64,000 nt of DNA from assembly GCF_036365525.1 (NCBI RefSeq), contig NC_090412.1, forward strand, positions 25,376,459 to 25,440,458, in the 5' to 3' direction. Positions 37,801-51,000 of the stretch are shown piece after piece (position 1 is the stretch's first letter; every line of letters begins with the position of its first letter). Made by a program: the position numbers and the translations under genes. Source of the stretch: Heterodontus francisci. Taxonomy: Eukaryota. Below the pieces are notes generated by a model that searched no databases, was not told the DNA's origin, and saw only the letters and a list, made by a program, of their open reading frames with translations.

Positions 37801-38464
37801 CAGTTTAACATCTTGTCTGAGACATATTAAGACAAAGATTTACACTTGGAAGGCTGAGAGTGACCTGATCCCTGACCCTCATTGGTCCCACTGCTGTACA
37901 TGACCCGACCAATTTGGGAAGCGCTGAATCATTAGTTACAGACATTTGTGGCATTTTAGCCAAAGTTCTAGAGGTGTGACAAGGTCAGCGTGAGGACCAT
38001 TGAGTGCAATTGAATGGGGTCTCAGGACAGTCAGGGGTCATGGTCAGTTGGGGGTCATGGGTCAGTCAAGGGTCTTGGGCCAGTTGGGGATCTAGGGTCA
38101 TTTGGAAATCTTGGGACACCTAGGGATCTCTGGTCAGTTGGGGATCTTGGGTCATTCAGGAGTTCAAGCTGGTCAGGGGTCTTGAGCAGATCCAGTGAAA
38201 GGACAGCCACACACTGGTAACAACTGATAACAGTAACACAAGTATTTTTATATTGCCGATTACAAACAAGCCTTCTCATGATCATACCTGGGCAGATTTG
38301 ATAGCAGATTGAGTTAGTAGTGTTCAGCATCATCATAAAATGTTTGGGCTCCAAACTCAACGATTGCAGGAAGATCCCACAGGACAAAGGCCGCTTCTGG
38401 GTGTGGGGACGTATAGTAAGGTCTAGTCAGACTACGGTTACAACCGACTGGTTTCAGTGAGGAG

Positions 38465-38845
38465 TAGAGTCACCAACTCTGGATGGACACATTCCTGGAG
38501 GTCTCATCGCATGTCCTGCCCTCCTTCAACCACCCCACCCCCACGATCCTGCCATTGGTCCCCCAACATGTCCATCCTCATGAAGCCCTGCCTTCTCTCA
38601 GCCAATTGGAAAGCATCCTTACCTGATTGGATGACTGTTGACGGTCAGTCAAACAGCCTTTGTTTCCAATCTCCAATATTTGTTACAATTAGTAAATGAT
38701 AGTCTTCAAAGAAAAGGGAGAATAATGCTCAATTATCATGAATGCATCTATGGTTTTTGTCCCGGGTTTGCTTGTAGCAGTATCCTGGAGATCAATCATG
38801 AATTCCTGGATCCTCCAGCACAATCCTGGAGAGTTGGCAACTTTG
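38465..38845. mobile_element. Old hAT-like MITE
   Basis: Imperfect TIRs TAGAGTCACCAACTCT / AGAGTTGGCAACTTTG; no clear TSD. Confidence 0.4.
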
Positions 38846-41319
38846 CAGGGCAGGAGTGGGTGCTCAGTGATAATTTTGATATTGAAGAAAACCACAAAGA
38901 GAATATCTGAGGCTCGATTTAAAAAAAACAGTATTAAAAAAAACTGTACAGTTGGAACAATTAGTTCATTTTTCCACGTGGGTGTAGGATTTAAAATAAA
39001 ATACCACCCCGCCCCCATCTGGTTTTACACTGGGCAAAAAAATGGTGTCAGCCATGCGCAACACCAGTGTCAAAAAGTAACTCTAACTACTGGCTGAGAA
39101 GGTTCATGGGTTTATTATTTTTTTTTTGCACAGAGAGCCTGTGGAGCTGGAGTGAATGATAAATGCCTTGTATCGATTGTCCTGTGTAGTAGACTCGGGC
39201 TGATAGAGAGTAATTAATGACTCTATTTGTTTCTGTACCGAGGAGAACAATTGAGTTTGATACAGCAACAACTGGTGCCAGTGTGAAAGGCCCCTAGGGA
39301 GCCGTCCAGGAAAAGCCTGTACTGAGACGGCAACACAGATCCATGGCCATATCCCTGAGATGCTATCTATATTGTAACAGATACAATTTGACATGGAAAA
39401 GAAAGTACAAACGTGATGGTTGAGGCGAACAAAGATTTGTTTAATAGATAGGGGAAGAGCAATGACATAACCAAGAAGGACAATATGGAGGATATTCCTC
39501 GGTAACTGGTACACACCTCCAGTTTTCTCCTCTGTTGATAGATCAGAGATGACTTAAGGAGCATCTTTTAAAAAGGTTGCTGTAAACAATGTAAATAATT
39601 TATTTCCCCATTAACTCTTTGACAGCTTACACTTAACAATTATACTTCCACTGCATACAAATGTAGAATGGGCCATGGAAAAGGAATATCCCACCGGTGC
39701 TCAGACTGCGACTGATCAGAGTTCACAGTTTTACTGCTAATACTGTTGCTTCTACAACAACCAGCTGCATTTATATAGCACCTTTAATGAAGAAAAATGT
39801 CCTGAGGCATCTAAGGTAAAAGCTAGGTTTGGGGTCTTTCAGCAGGTCTCAAAGGGTCTCAGACTGGTTCTCAGCTTTCAGCTGATGTGATAACAAGTAT
39901 CTGCTTCTGCAATGTGCGTTATTAATTATAAGCTGAACCCCTTTATTAGATTGCAGCAATGGATTGCAGAAATCCATTATTCTATATCACAAACCACTCA
40001 AACCCCTTGATTAGATCTCAGTCTATAACTCACTCCAGGGGATCCATTATTCTATATATCAACAATCCAAACCCCACGATGAGATCTCAGCCTTTAACTC
40101 ACTCTCTGCTGTTTGCTGTTCTAAACATAAGCCACCTAAACCTCCCGATGAGATGCCAGCTTGTAACTTGCCCTACCTCATAGGAACCCCTTGATTTGAT
40201 TAAAATGTGCAAAACCATCATCACCTCGCAGCCAACAGTCTCGATGAGACTTCTCTTTATAATCCCAGCCATATAGGAGTGTTTGTGTGGGACACGCATT
40301 GTGTGGGTTTCTGTTATTTACCCCACACAGGCAAAAAAAGCCAGAGATAGGTTCAATACAAATGTAGTGGCTTGCTATAAGGTGATGGTATTTTCTTTCC
40401 CCGAGTTGGTTTAAGCTCATCTCCTGGCCTAGCCAAGGAAAGGTCAAGCCTTGAAATGGAACAGCAATAACACCCTGAAATAGTACTATCAGTGAAACAT
40501 GATTGATCAATTGAATTCCATAGCTGTGAAAAATGCGGGATTAAGTAGAGTATTATACGCACAATGAGTTGAAGCATGATGTTCATTTCAAGTTCATTTC
40601 TGGAGCCTTTGCCACGAGATCAGGCAATCAATAGGGCCTTGCATATCATATATCACCCAGCATTGGAAAGAGAACATAATCTGCAGCAAATTTAGAATGA
40701 CAGATTTGTTGGTATCAAAAGCCCCAGACTAAACTGCGAGTGCCACAGCCAGCACTGAGAGAGATGGCTGACAGTTGGAAAAGATTTAAGAGGCTGCTTG
40801 TGATAGAGGGAAGGAAAGACATCATGCATTAGAATCAGGTGCAATGAGGAGGGGGGATTCAGATGAACAGAGCAAAATTAAATGCAGCCCCGCATCTGTG
40901 TCTCAGGCATAGGACTCGATCTTGGAAAATAACAATTCTGAATTGAGAATTCAAATATAAAGTGTTTTGACGATACAATATACCTTCCCAATTCATATAA
41001 TAGCAATGTTACATTAGGCTCTTGTGCAGTATGATTTACTCAGTGCTTTACACTTTGATCAAGCGTTTAGGGCCAATTCAACAAGGATTGTTAGTAGGGA
41101 GGATTGCTCGCAAAGTTGGGACTTCATGTTGTAACCATATTCCCAACTTGTGGTTCCATCCAGCGAGACTTCAGTGCTGGAGCGTAGCCATGCTGCCCGT
41201 GCCCCTCCATGCTCTGTGGAGTAGGGGGGGAAATTACTCATGGTGTTAGCCATATCCTTTGGTATTTGGAGCTTTAATCTGAGCTTGGATCACCATTTGC
41301 ACTTTCAGCTCTGTATCCG

Positions 41320-41745
41320 TTCTGTTTTCCACATTATGAAAAGGATATAGAGGCATTGGTGAAGGTGCAAAATAGATTTACAAGAATGCTACCAGAACTG
41401 TGAGGTTATAAGAATCAGGAAAGGCTGAACAGACTGAGGCTATTAGGTTATGAAAGGGTTCCGTTGGTTAGATGTAGAGAAAATGAGGGAACCCAAAACT
41501 AGGCATTATAAGTATGATAGGGATAATAAATCCAATTGGAAATTGTTCAGGATATGAAATCCCCTACCACAGGGAGTAGTTGAGATAAATAGCATAGATT
41601 CCTTTGAGGGGAAGCTAGATAAACACATGATGGAGAAAGTAATAGAGGGTTATACTAATAAGGTTAGATGAAGAAGGAGAGGAATGAATTAACACTAGTA
41701 TAAGCCAGTTGGGCCAAATGGCCTGTTCCTGCGCTGTACATACTA
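41320..41745 (+). mobile_element. Old CR1 3' fragment
   Basis: aaggatatagaggcattgg...agatttacaagaatg...gggccaaatggcctgttcct tail. Confidence 0.7.
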
Positions 41746-43032
41746 TGTCATTCCACATAGTAGACGGGTTCACTTGCAATCCCATACTTGTAACTATTGG
41801 AATAAGTTTTATAAAAGCAGGCACCCAGGGCAAAAAAACATGAAGCAGCACATCTGTCTTCACTGAATTGACAAGTGGACTCACCTTTTACCCACCTCTG
41901 GGACTTTCCAAATGCCTATTTTGGGATATAGTGAGAGTGAGTCAGATACTCTTTATCGCAGTATTGGTGAGGGGTGGGGGGTAGGGTGCGATGGTGTTTG
42001 TGTGGAGAGTCACTAAAATCCTCATTTGTGATCAAAAACACTTTGATCCAATTCAGCGACGATCAGTAGCAGTAACAGAGACTGCCTCAATTTTCTCACT
42101 TCCCCAGAAAGCACAGTGCAAAACATAGATGACCCAAATACTGATACTCCAGGCAGTGCTGCCCCTCAGGAGAACAGGGGGTAGAAATTCCTGCCCTGTG
42201 ACAGAGATGAAAGTCAGGCACAGGCTTGGCAAAGGACCTAGAGATTGCTAGAGATTGGGTCAGAAACAGGATTGATTGGGTTCCTGCCCCACTCTGAGCT
42301 GAAGTGAACAGGCGTGAAGAAGTCTGGTACTTCTGCTCATCCCATTTGGAGGAGTTTGCAGGAGGAACTGGGGGCATTCCTAGACTATTCCAGGGACAAG
42401 CCTCTGATAGGCCCAGCATTGTCGCCATCCAGGTGCTGAGAGCAGGCATTAAATACCAACCTGGGCCACATGTGCTTTTGGATCCGCAATGGAACTGGAT
42501 ATTGGGCCGGGCGTATAAGAGGCAGCCGATAGGATACTGCCCATTTTCGGCTGCCGCCAAGACAGATTCCTACTCCATTATGGCTTCTCACACCGACAGT
42601 GGAGTCAAAATGGTGGCCATGTCTCAGTGATGTCATTAGCACCTGACGTGCCGACGTAAGAAGGGACCCCACAGATTTCAGTTGGGTGTCCTTGCTGCCT
42701 GCTCAGGTGAGCAAGTTAGAACAGGAAACTGTCAGCTCCCCAGGGCAAATAAGCAACCTGGGAGAATTTAAGTGCCCACCTGCCACTGAGTGGGTAAGAC
42801 TAAAATCACATCCCCTTCTAATCTCTAATATTGGTCAAGTCTTGTGAAACTTTGTGAATCGAGCACATTTCTCAATTGACCAAATGTCTTTCGAGAGCGG
42901 TATTAATTTTCACTTTACTGAGCTCTTCAGCCTATGTGGATCAGCAGACACTATTTAAAATGTGAAGAAAATACTCCTTATAATTTAGACAAAAAAAAAC
43001 ATAAAATGCAGTTTGTGTCCTCTTCCTCTTAG

Positions 43033-43208
43033 ACACCCAAGATAATTCCGGGCCAAACGGTGATTCTCAGGGAACTGCGGAGAGCGTACGGAAGCAGCTG
43101 CGAAGTGAAGCCTTTGCCCAGCAGCAGTTGGAGGCCCTGGAACGTGTGTTTGAGCGCCAGCACTATTCAGACGTCTTCAACGCTGGAGAACACATCAAAT
43201 CAGAACAG
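43033..43208 (+). CDS. pax2: Pax2/5/8-family internal coding exon (partial homeodomain), Pax2-like; Pax8 orthology not excluded
   Basis: Pyrimidine tract + AG acceptor (tcctcttcctcttag) and GTGAGT donor; 176 bp, phase 1 to phase 0. Encodes (D)[58 protein letters not shown], matching the recalled PAX2 segment PNGDSQ...RKHLR...QQQLEALDRVFER...EHIKSEQ. Confidence 0.9.
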
Positions 43209-43289
43209 GTGAGTCTGCTTTCCATCCTGAAGGTATTTGGTGGGAGGGCGAGTTTACCCTACACGCACAAGAGAACGTTTGAACTTTTT

Positions 43290-43745
43290 AGGTGGTTCAG
43301 TCGGTGGCACTTTCACCTCTGAGTCAGAGGTGGGTTCAAGACCCAATCCTGAGACTTGAGCACAAATATCTGTGCCGATACTCCCAGTGCTGTTCTGGAG
43401 GAGGACTGCACTGTTGGAGGTGCCATCCTGCGGATGAGACGTTAGACTGAGGCCCCGTCTGCCCTCTCAGGTGGACATAAAAGAACCCATAGTGAAAAAG
43501 AGAAGGGGGGTTCTCCCCAGTGTTCTGGCCAATATTTATCCCACAACCTACGTCGATGCAAAAAAAGGCAGATTATCTGGTTATTATCACATTGTTGTTT
43601 TTGGGGTCTTTCTGTACATAAATTGGCTGTCGCATTTCTTGCATCACAGCAGGGACGATGCTTCAAAAATATGTCAATGGCTGCAAAGTACCTTGGCATT
43701 TCCTGAGGTTGTTAAAGGCACTAGATAAATGCAAATATTCTTTTC
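43290..43745 (+). mobile_element. Deu-domain SINE, full length
   Basis: tRNA head (ggttcagtcggtggcac...gggttcaagaccc), Deu core, tail gttaaaggcactagataaatgcaa. Confidence 0.8.
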
Positions 43746-43914
43746 TTAATTGATAAGTTACAGCTTGCACTTATATATAAAATCTATGCACCTTAATGGT
43801 TGCTGTGTTGTACACAGTCCTTTGTGTCCTTTGTTTAAATTGTCTGAATTCCTCAATGTGCTACTGTTGTGTACACACTCCCAGGAGTGTGATATCTTGT
43901 ACGTTAACCATCTG

Positions 43915-44640
43915 AACCAGATTGTTTGCAACCTTGGTGTCACATTTGACCCCGAGATGAGCTAACGACCCAAATCCGCGCCATCACTAAGATCGCCTGT
44001 TTCCAGCTCCATAACATCACCCGACTCCACCCTTGCCTTGGCTTATCTGCTGTGGAAACCCTCATCCATGTCTTTTTTACCTCTAGACGTGACTATGCTA
44101 ATGCACACCTGCCTGGCCTCGCACATTCTACCCTTTGTAAATTTGAGGTCATCCAAAACTCTGCTGCCCATACCCTTACTTGCACCAAGTCCCGTTAATC
44201 TCTCACTCCTGACCTACATTGGCTCCTGGTGAAGCAATGTCTTGATTTTAAAATTCTCATCCTTGTTTTCAAATCCCGCCATGGCCTCGCCCCTCCCTAT
44301 CTCTGTAATCTTCTCTCACCCCTCAACCTTCCGAGATATCTGCATTCATCTAATTCTGGCATCTTGAGCACCCCGATTTTAATTGCCCCACCATTGGCGG
44401 CCGTGCCTTCAGCTGCCTAAACCCTAAGCTGTGGAATTCCCTCCCTAACCCTCTCCGCCTCTCTACCTCTCTTTCTTCCTTTAAGATGCTTCTTAAAACC
44501 TACCTCTTTGACCGAGCTTTTGGTCATCTGCACTAATGTAGTCTTATGTGACTCGCAGTCTAATTTTGTTTTGTAATGCTCCTGTGAAACACCTTTGGAC
44601 ATTTAATTGTGTTAAAGGTGCTATATAAACACTAGGTGTT
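43915..44640 (+). mobile_element. L2 LINE 3' fragment
   Basis: NLGVTFDPEMS, LIHVF.TSR.DYAN, LHWL.V...FKILILVFK motifs; L2 3' tail aaaggtgctatataaa. Confidence 0.8.
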
Positions 44641-45873
44641 GTTGGTGTTGAACCCTTTGGTGTTTATGCATTTCCATCATCTGTTGGTCTAAGTGAAGGT
44701 TATTGTAGCCTAGTGGCTGTGGCATTGGATTAGCAACCCAGTGATTGTAAGATCATAATCCACCCGTGGTAAATGATATAATTGAATTCAGTGCACCTGA
44801 CTGGCACCACAAAATGACCACGAAAGCTATGGGATTTTTGTTGTAACAATCCAATTGGGTCACTAATGTCCTTAAGGGCATTATACCCAGTCTGGCCTGT
44901 ACATGACTTGAATCCCCCACTGCATGGTTGACTCTTAATGGCCCCAGGGCAACTAGGAACGGACAGTAAATACCACCTTGCGCGTGTTGCCACATCCCAA
45001 GAACAAATATAACAACATGAATCAGAAACTGCCAGCTATCTGTTATCCTGTACGTCAACCATCTGACTTCCTCGATGTATCACAGCTATCTACACGCTCC
45101 TAGCTATCTGTTATCCTGTATATTTGTTATCCTGTAAACCATATAAGCCAGTTGATGTGTCACAGCTGTGTACATGCTACTGACTGGCAACCTTTGTACA
45201 TCCCACCTGAACCCCTTGATGCAGTCGTGCTGTGTACACACATTTTGCTATCTACTATTACACATCCAGCTCATACTTCGCTAAAGCGAACAGGTAAAAC
45301 AGGAATCCACCCAATGTTTAACCTCCTCTGGTGGCACACTGATTAACATGTTGATGTAAACTTCCTTCGTGGTCTGTTTCAACACAGTTGCTAAACTGCT
45401 TAGATAAACATTTTAGCAATTGATTTAAATAGCATGCCATGGAGGGTTTAACCAGTTAATGCAACCTGTCCACACAATGTAACCCTTTAAACCCTGGTAT
45501 CATTCTGGTGAATCTGTGCAGTACCCCCAGTAAGAAACTGGAATTAATGAATACTAGCATTTCTGCTATAAGACCTTGAATACAAATAATTGCATTAAAA
45601 ATTTGCAGTTAAAGGTTTGAAACAGAAAGTGTTTCTAGTAAAAGTGTTTTTAGTGAGTTTACAGTGAGACACTTATAGTTGGATAGTTTGCAGTGATAGA
45701 TTTTATCGGGAGAGAATTTATATTCAGTTTGGAGCTTGTTCTCAGAGTTTACACTGAGTGTTTACAAGGATGAAGTTTGTAGTGAGAGTTTATAATGAGA
45801 TTATTTATACTGATACACTTTATATTAGGAGAGATTACAGTAAGAAATTTTACAGTGAGAGTTCGAAGTGAGT

Positions 45874-46553
45874 GGCCGGAATTTTACCGCCCGCCCCCCC
45901 AACAAGTGGGCTGGAGCCGGGGGCCATAACATTTAGTGGAAGGTGGGGGGCTGTTCCTGATGCTTTCCCACTGCAATTTTACGCGGGGTGGCAATGGCAA
46001 GAAACAGACGACCCCCCCAGACCAATCAAAGCCCTTAAGTGGCCAATTAACAGCCACTTAAGGGCCTCCACCTGCTGCTGTTGTTAGTTTACCCATGGTT
46101 GGGGGAGGGGGGGGGGGGTGGGGGAGGGATGGTAGCAAAGCCCCAAGAAGTCTGCCAGATAAAACCTGGTGGCCTTCTTGCGGGCTGTGGGGTAGGCCCT
46201 GCTGATCGGGCACCCTGTGCCCCACGGATGTCCGCTTCCAAAGCCCCAACTGCCCCCACCGCACAACACTCCAGCCCCACCTCCAACTGACCCCCCCCCC
46301 CCCCACCCTTGCCTCACCGGAGACCGGCCAATTGTCCCTGGTGAGGCCCCAAAAACTTATCCGTCTTCTGCGGCCATCCTTCATCTGGCTTGTGCTGATT
46401 GGCTGGCACTCCATCAGGCGGGACTTCCTGCCTCAGTTAAGGGCTTAGGGCATGCAAAATCCCAGCATGGCTCCCCAGGTCCAGCGGAGGCGGGCTCACC
46501 ACCGACTTTCTAGCTGGTGAGCGGGCCCTCCCACCCAACGTAAAATTCCAGTC
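45874..46553. mobile_element. PIF/Harbinger-like MITE
   Basis: TIRs GGCCGGAATTTTAC / GTAAAATTCCAGTC; 3-bp TSD AGT. Confidence 0.65.
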
Positions 46554-46784
46554 AGTGTGTATACTGAAAGAGATATCAGTGAGCAAATATATGGTGATAC
46601 ATCCTGCAGTCAGAGTTTTTAGCAAACAATTTTCATGAGAAAGTTTATGTTGAAAGTTTGTATTGCAGAAGTTCAGAATGTGAGACATTGTAGTAAGAGA
46701 GTTATGAAGAGTGAAGTTACAGTCAGAGAGATTCTACAGTGACGACACTTCACAAGTACTTAATTGGCTGTAAGCACTTACAGC

Positions 46785-48360
46785 CATGTGGTGCCATTAT
46801 TCAAGAAGGGTAGCAGGGATAAACCAGGCTGGTGAGTCTAACATAAGTGGTTGGGAAAATATTGAAAAAAATTCAGAGGGACAGGATTAATCTCCACTTG
46901 GAGAGGCAGGGATTAATCAGGGATAGTCAGCATGGCTTTGTCAGGGGGAGATCGTGTCTAACTAACTTGATTGAATTTTTCGAAAAGGTGATTAGATGTG
47001 TAAATGAGGGTAAAGCAGTTGATGTAGTCTACATGGACTTCAGTAAGGCTTTTGATAAAGTCCTGCATGGGAGATTGGTTAAGAAGGTAAGAGCCCATGG
47101 GATCCAGGGCAATTTGGCAAATTGGATCCAAAATTGGCTTAGTGGCAGGAGGCAGAGGGTGATGGTCAAGGGTTGTTTTTGCGAGTGGAATCCTGTGATC
47201 AGTGGTGTACCGCAGGGATCGGTGCTGGGACCCTTGCTGTTTGTAGTGTACATTAATGATTTAGATGTGAATATGTGAGGCATGATAAGTAAGTTCGCAG
47301 ATGACACGAAAATTGTTGGTGTCGTAAATAGTGAGGAGGAAAGCCTTAGATTATTGGGCGATATAGATGGGCTGGTAAAATGGGCGGAGCAGTGGCAAAT
47401 GGAATTTAATCCTGAGAAGTGTGAGGTGATGCATTTTGGGAGGACTAACAAGACAAGGGAATATACAATGGATGGTAGGATCCTAGGAAGTACAGAAGGT
47501 CAGAGGGACCTTGGTATACTTGTTCATAGATTACCGAAGGCAGCAGCACAGGTAGAAAAGGTGGTTCGGAAAGCATATGGGATACTTGCATTTATCAGCT
47601 GAGGCATAGAATATAAGAGCAGGGAAGTTATGATGGAGCTTTATTAACTGCTATAATAAAAGCAAAATACTGCGGATGCTGGAAATCTGAAACAAAAACA
47701 AGAAATGCTGGAATCACTCAGCAGGTCTGGCAGCATCTGTGGAAAGAGAAGCAGAGTTAATGTTTCGGGTCAGTGACCCTTCTTTATTAACTGCTAGTTA
47801 GGCCACAGCTGGAGTACTGTGTACAGTTCTGGGCACCACACTATAGGAAGGATGTGATTGCACTGGAGAGGGTATAGAGGAGATTCACCAGGATGTTGCC
47901 TGGGCTGGAGCATTTTAGCTATGAAGAGAGACTGGGTAGGCTAGGGTTGTTTTCCTTGGAGCAGAGAAGGCTGAGGGGGGACATGATTGAGGTATACAAA
48001 ATTATGAGGGGCATTGATAGGTTAGATAGGAAGAAACTTTTTCCCTTAATGGAGGGATCAATAATCAGGGGGCATAGATTTAAGGTAAGGGGCAGGAGGT
48101 TTAGAGAGGATTTGAGGAAAAAGTTTTTTACCCAGAGAGTGTTTGGAATCTGGAACACACTGTCTGAAGAGGTGGTAGAGGCAGGAACCCTCACAACATT
48201 TAAGAAGTATCTAGATGAGCACTTGAAATGCCATAGCATACAAGGCTATGGGCCAAGTGCTGGAAAATGGGATTAGAATAGATAGGTGCTTGATGGCCGG
48301 CACGGACACGTTGGGCTGAGTGGCCTGTTTTTGTGCTGTATGACGCTATGACTCTATGAC
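46785..48360 (+). mobile_element. CR1 LINE, 5'-truncated (same subfamily as 15277-16730)
   Basis: SQHGFVRGRSCLTNL, DFSKAFDKV, GVPQGSVLGP, KFADDTK; (ATGACT)n tail. Confidence 0.92.
47654..47781 (-). mobile_element. 128-bp Penelope 3'-end insertion inside CR1
   Basis: Perfect 15-bp TSD CTTTATTAACTGCTA (47639-47653, 47782-47796); minus strand starts (G)AAGGGTCACTGACCCGAAAC and ends gtattttgcttttatta. Confidence 0.85.
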
Positions 48361-48599
48361 TTCGGGAAGTCTTAAGGTTGTGAAAGGCACTATCTACATT
48401 CTTTCTGTCTTTCTTTCTTTCCAGAAAGTTTACAATGGGAGAGTTTATACTAGTTACAGTCCCAGCCAGTGAGGACACCTGGGCCAGAAATCTGGCTTGG
48501 GTGTTGGTGCAAAACAGGCGGAATCGGATTGGCCGCCCGTTATACCCAGCGTCTGATAGGCAATTGTACTGCAGTCAACAAAATTAAATATCAGACGCT

Positions 48600-49265
48600 G
48601 GGTAGAAACAGAAACTGAACTGGACCAGCCCTATAAATACTGTGGCTACAAGATCAGGTCAGGGGATGGGAATTCTGTGGTGAGTAACTCACCTCCTGAC
48701 TCCCCAACGCCTGTCATCCATCTACAAAGCACAAGTCAGGAGTGTGATAAAATACTCTCCATTTGCCTGGAAGAGTGCAGCTCCAACAACACTCAAGAAG
48801 CTCGACACTTCAGGACAAGTGTCCAGAACACTTCTCTAGGACAAAGCAGCCAGTTTGATTGGCACCCCATGAACCACCTTAAACATTCACTCCGTCACCA
48901 CCAACGCACAGTGACAGCAGTGTGTACCATTTACAAGATGCACTGCAGCAATGCACCACGCCTCCTTTGGCAGCACCTTCCAAATCTGTGACCTCTTCCA
49001 CCTAGAAGGACAAGGGAAGCAGATGCATGGGAACACCACCACCTGCAAGTTCCCCTCCAAGAAATATATCACCGTTCTTTCACTGTCACTGGATCAAAAT
49101 TCTGGAACTACCTCTCTAACAGCACTGTGGATGTACCCACATCACATGGACTGCAATGGTTCAAGAAGGAAGCTCACCACCACCTTCTCAAGGGCAATTA
49201 GGGATGGGCAACAAATGCTGGCCTTACCAGCGATGCCCACATCCCATGAAACAAATAAAAAAAAT
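48600..49265 (+). mobile_element. Non-LTR retrotransposon 3' fragment (CR1/L2-related clade uncertain)
   Basis: Degenerate IYKAQVRS..EYS..W and SL.H.RTVAA motifs; tail gggcaattagggatgggcaacaaatgctggcc...atcccatgaa. Confidence 0.7.
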
Positions 49266-50149
49266 ACCCAAGACAGATTTCTTGCCCCAGGTGTGTAGAC
49301 TGAAAGGGTTCACAGTGAGGAAGTTGATAGTGAGTTTAAACAGTGAGACAGTTTACTGTGAAAGGGTTAATAGTGCGAGAGCTTACAGTGAGAAAGTTGA
49401 TAATGAGTGAGTTTACTGCAAGAAAATTCAGTTTGAAAATTTACAGTGCAAAAACCTTTCACGAATGGCTTTACAATATGAGGCTTTATACTGACAGAGT
49501 TTGCAGTGAGATAATTTGTAATGAGAGATTTTATAAACCTTATCAGTTCATGTAAACTCTCCTAACTATTTTCATCACCATCGCTTTGCCCTTACCATCT
49601 CCTGTGTTCTCTCTACTCCTATGAACTCGATCACTGACCAGGTCATCTCCAAACCCTTCCTTGTATGCCCCATCACCCGCATGCCTCCAATTCTATCTCA
49701 TTCTGTATTTGTCCCTGGGGGAAAAAAAACTTCCTTCAAGTGACTTTCCAACTGGCCAACTTTCAACTCTCCATTAGCTTCAATGCCTCTGCAGCTGTCT
49801 ACTTGCTGAACCACATTCCCACATGTACCGTTGATACCCTTGACCCCATAAAACCATGATTGTCTCTTACCCTGGTTGTCCCCCAGTACAGCCTCCATCC
49901 TCACTCATTTGAGTCAAAGGGGTGCAGATTTAAACCTCTCTGATGCACCATCCATTTCCAGATCTTGTTGGCCCACACCAAGATCTAACAGGCTTCACTT
50001 TTCTCTTGCAAAAGCCACCACTAGTCTAGGATCATTCTGGAGCAAACAGACAAAGCCAGCTTCTTTACTGCGCTACCATTCATCTTCTGAAACCCCTCTA
50101 CCCTACCCCTTCCACCCTCACATCTAACAACAGGTGTGAGTATTTGTAG

Positions 50150-51000
50150 TGAGAACATTTATTTTGAAAGAGCTTCTGGTGAGTTTTAGTTAGATTTATA
50201 GTGAGAGAGTTTTAGTGATTGAGTTTATTTTGATTGAGTTTATAGTGAGGGTTTATAGGGAATTTATAGGGTGATTGTTTATAATGATTGAGGTTTTAAT
50301 TAGTTTATGTTAATTGTTTTTGTCATGAGAGTTTATAGTTATGGAGTTTATATTGAGAGAGATAAAAGTGAGAAAGCTTTTTTGAATGAATTTACACTGA
50401 GAGAGGCCTTAGTGAAAGGGTTTATAATGCGTTTATAGTGAAAGGGGTTATAGGGAGAGAGTTTGTAGTGAGAGAGACTTTAGTGCCTGTAGTTTCGGTG
50501 CTACTGGTGATGTTTTAGTACCAAAATGGCATCTGTGCCACTCGCAATTACTTCTCACATAGCCTGTGCCAAAAGCCATCTTGGTGAGGATATTCGGAGT
50601 GTGTTGGAATTATGCAGAGTAGGCATTACCACCAGAGCTTCACTGATAACCTCAGGAGAAGGATGTGGAGGAAGCCCTGTAAGTGCTAGCCTCACACGAA
50701 CTTGGGTCACCTACTGAGGTGTGCAGCCATTCAACAGGGTGTTCAGTGCTGAGCTGCACATCACAAACGTTATAATTAGCAGGCAGCACTAAGTTTGCAT
50801 GCTGCCTGCATTAGCTTGAATGGGCGTGGGTTAATTGCACATCGCAATCCCCCACCCGTTTGGGGGGGGATTTTGCACCCAGAGAATTTATGAGAGAGTT
50901 TATGTTGAGAAAGTTTATAATAGTTTAATTTAAGAGTTTATTGTGAGAGTTTATGGTGAGAATTTTTTTGTGTGATTACAGAGACAGTGTGAGTTTGTTG
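50150..51000. repeat. Degenerate ~15-bp tandem repeat (GAGTTTATAGTGAGA-like); related tracts at 45640-45870, 46560-46740 and 49290-49540
   Basis: Recurrent tttatagtgag/tttacagtgag motifs; interrupted at about 50480-50880. Confidence 0.65.

Noticed and set aside
38030-38185. Gly/Ser-rich repeat protein
   Set aside because: Short degenerate minisatellite without splice signals; the same applies to 53940-54125.
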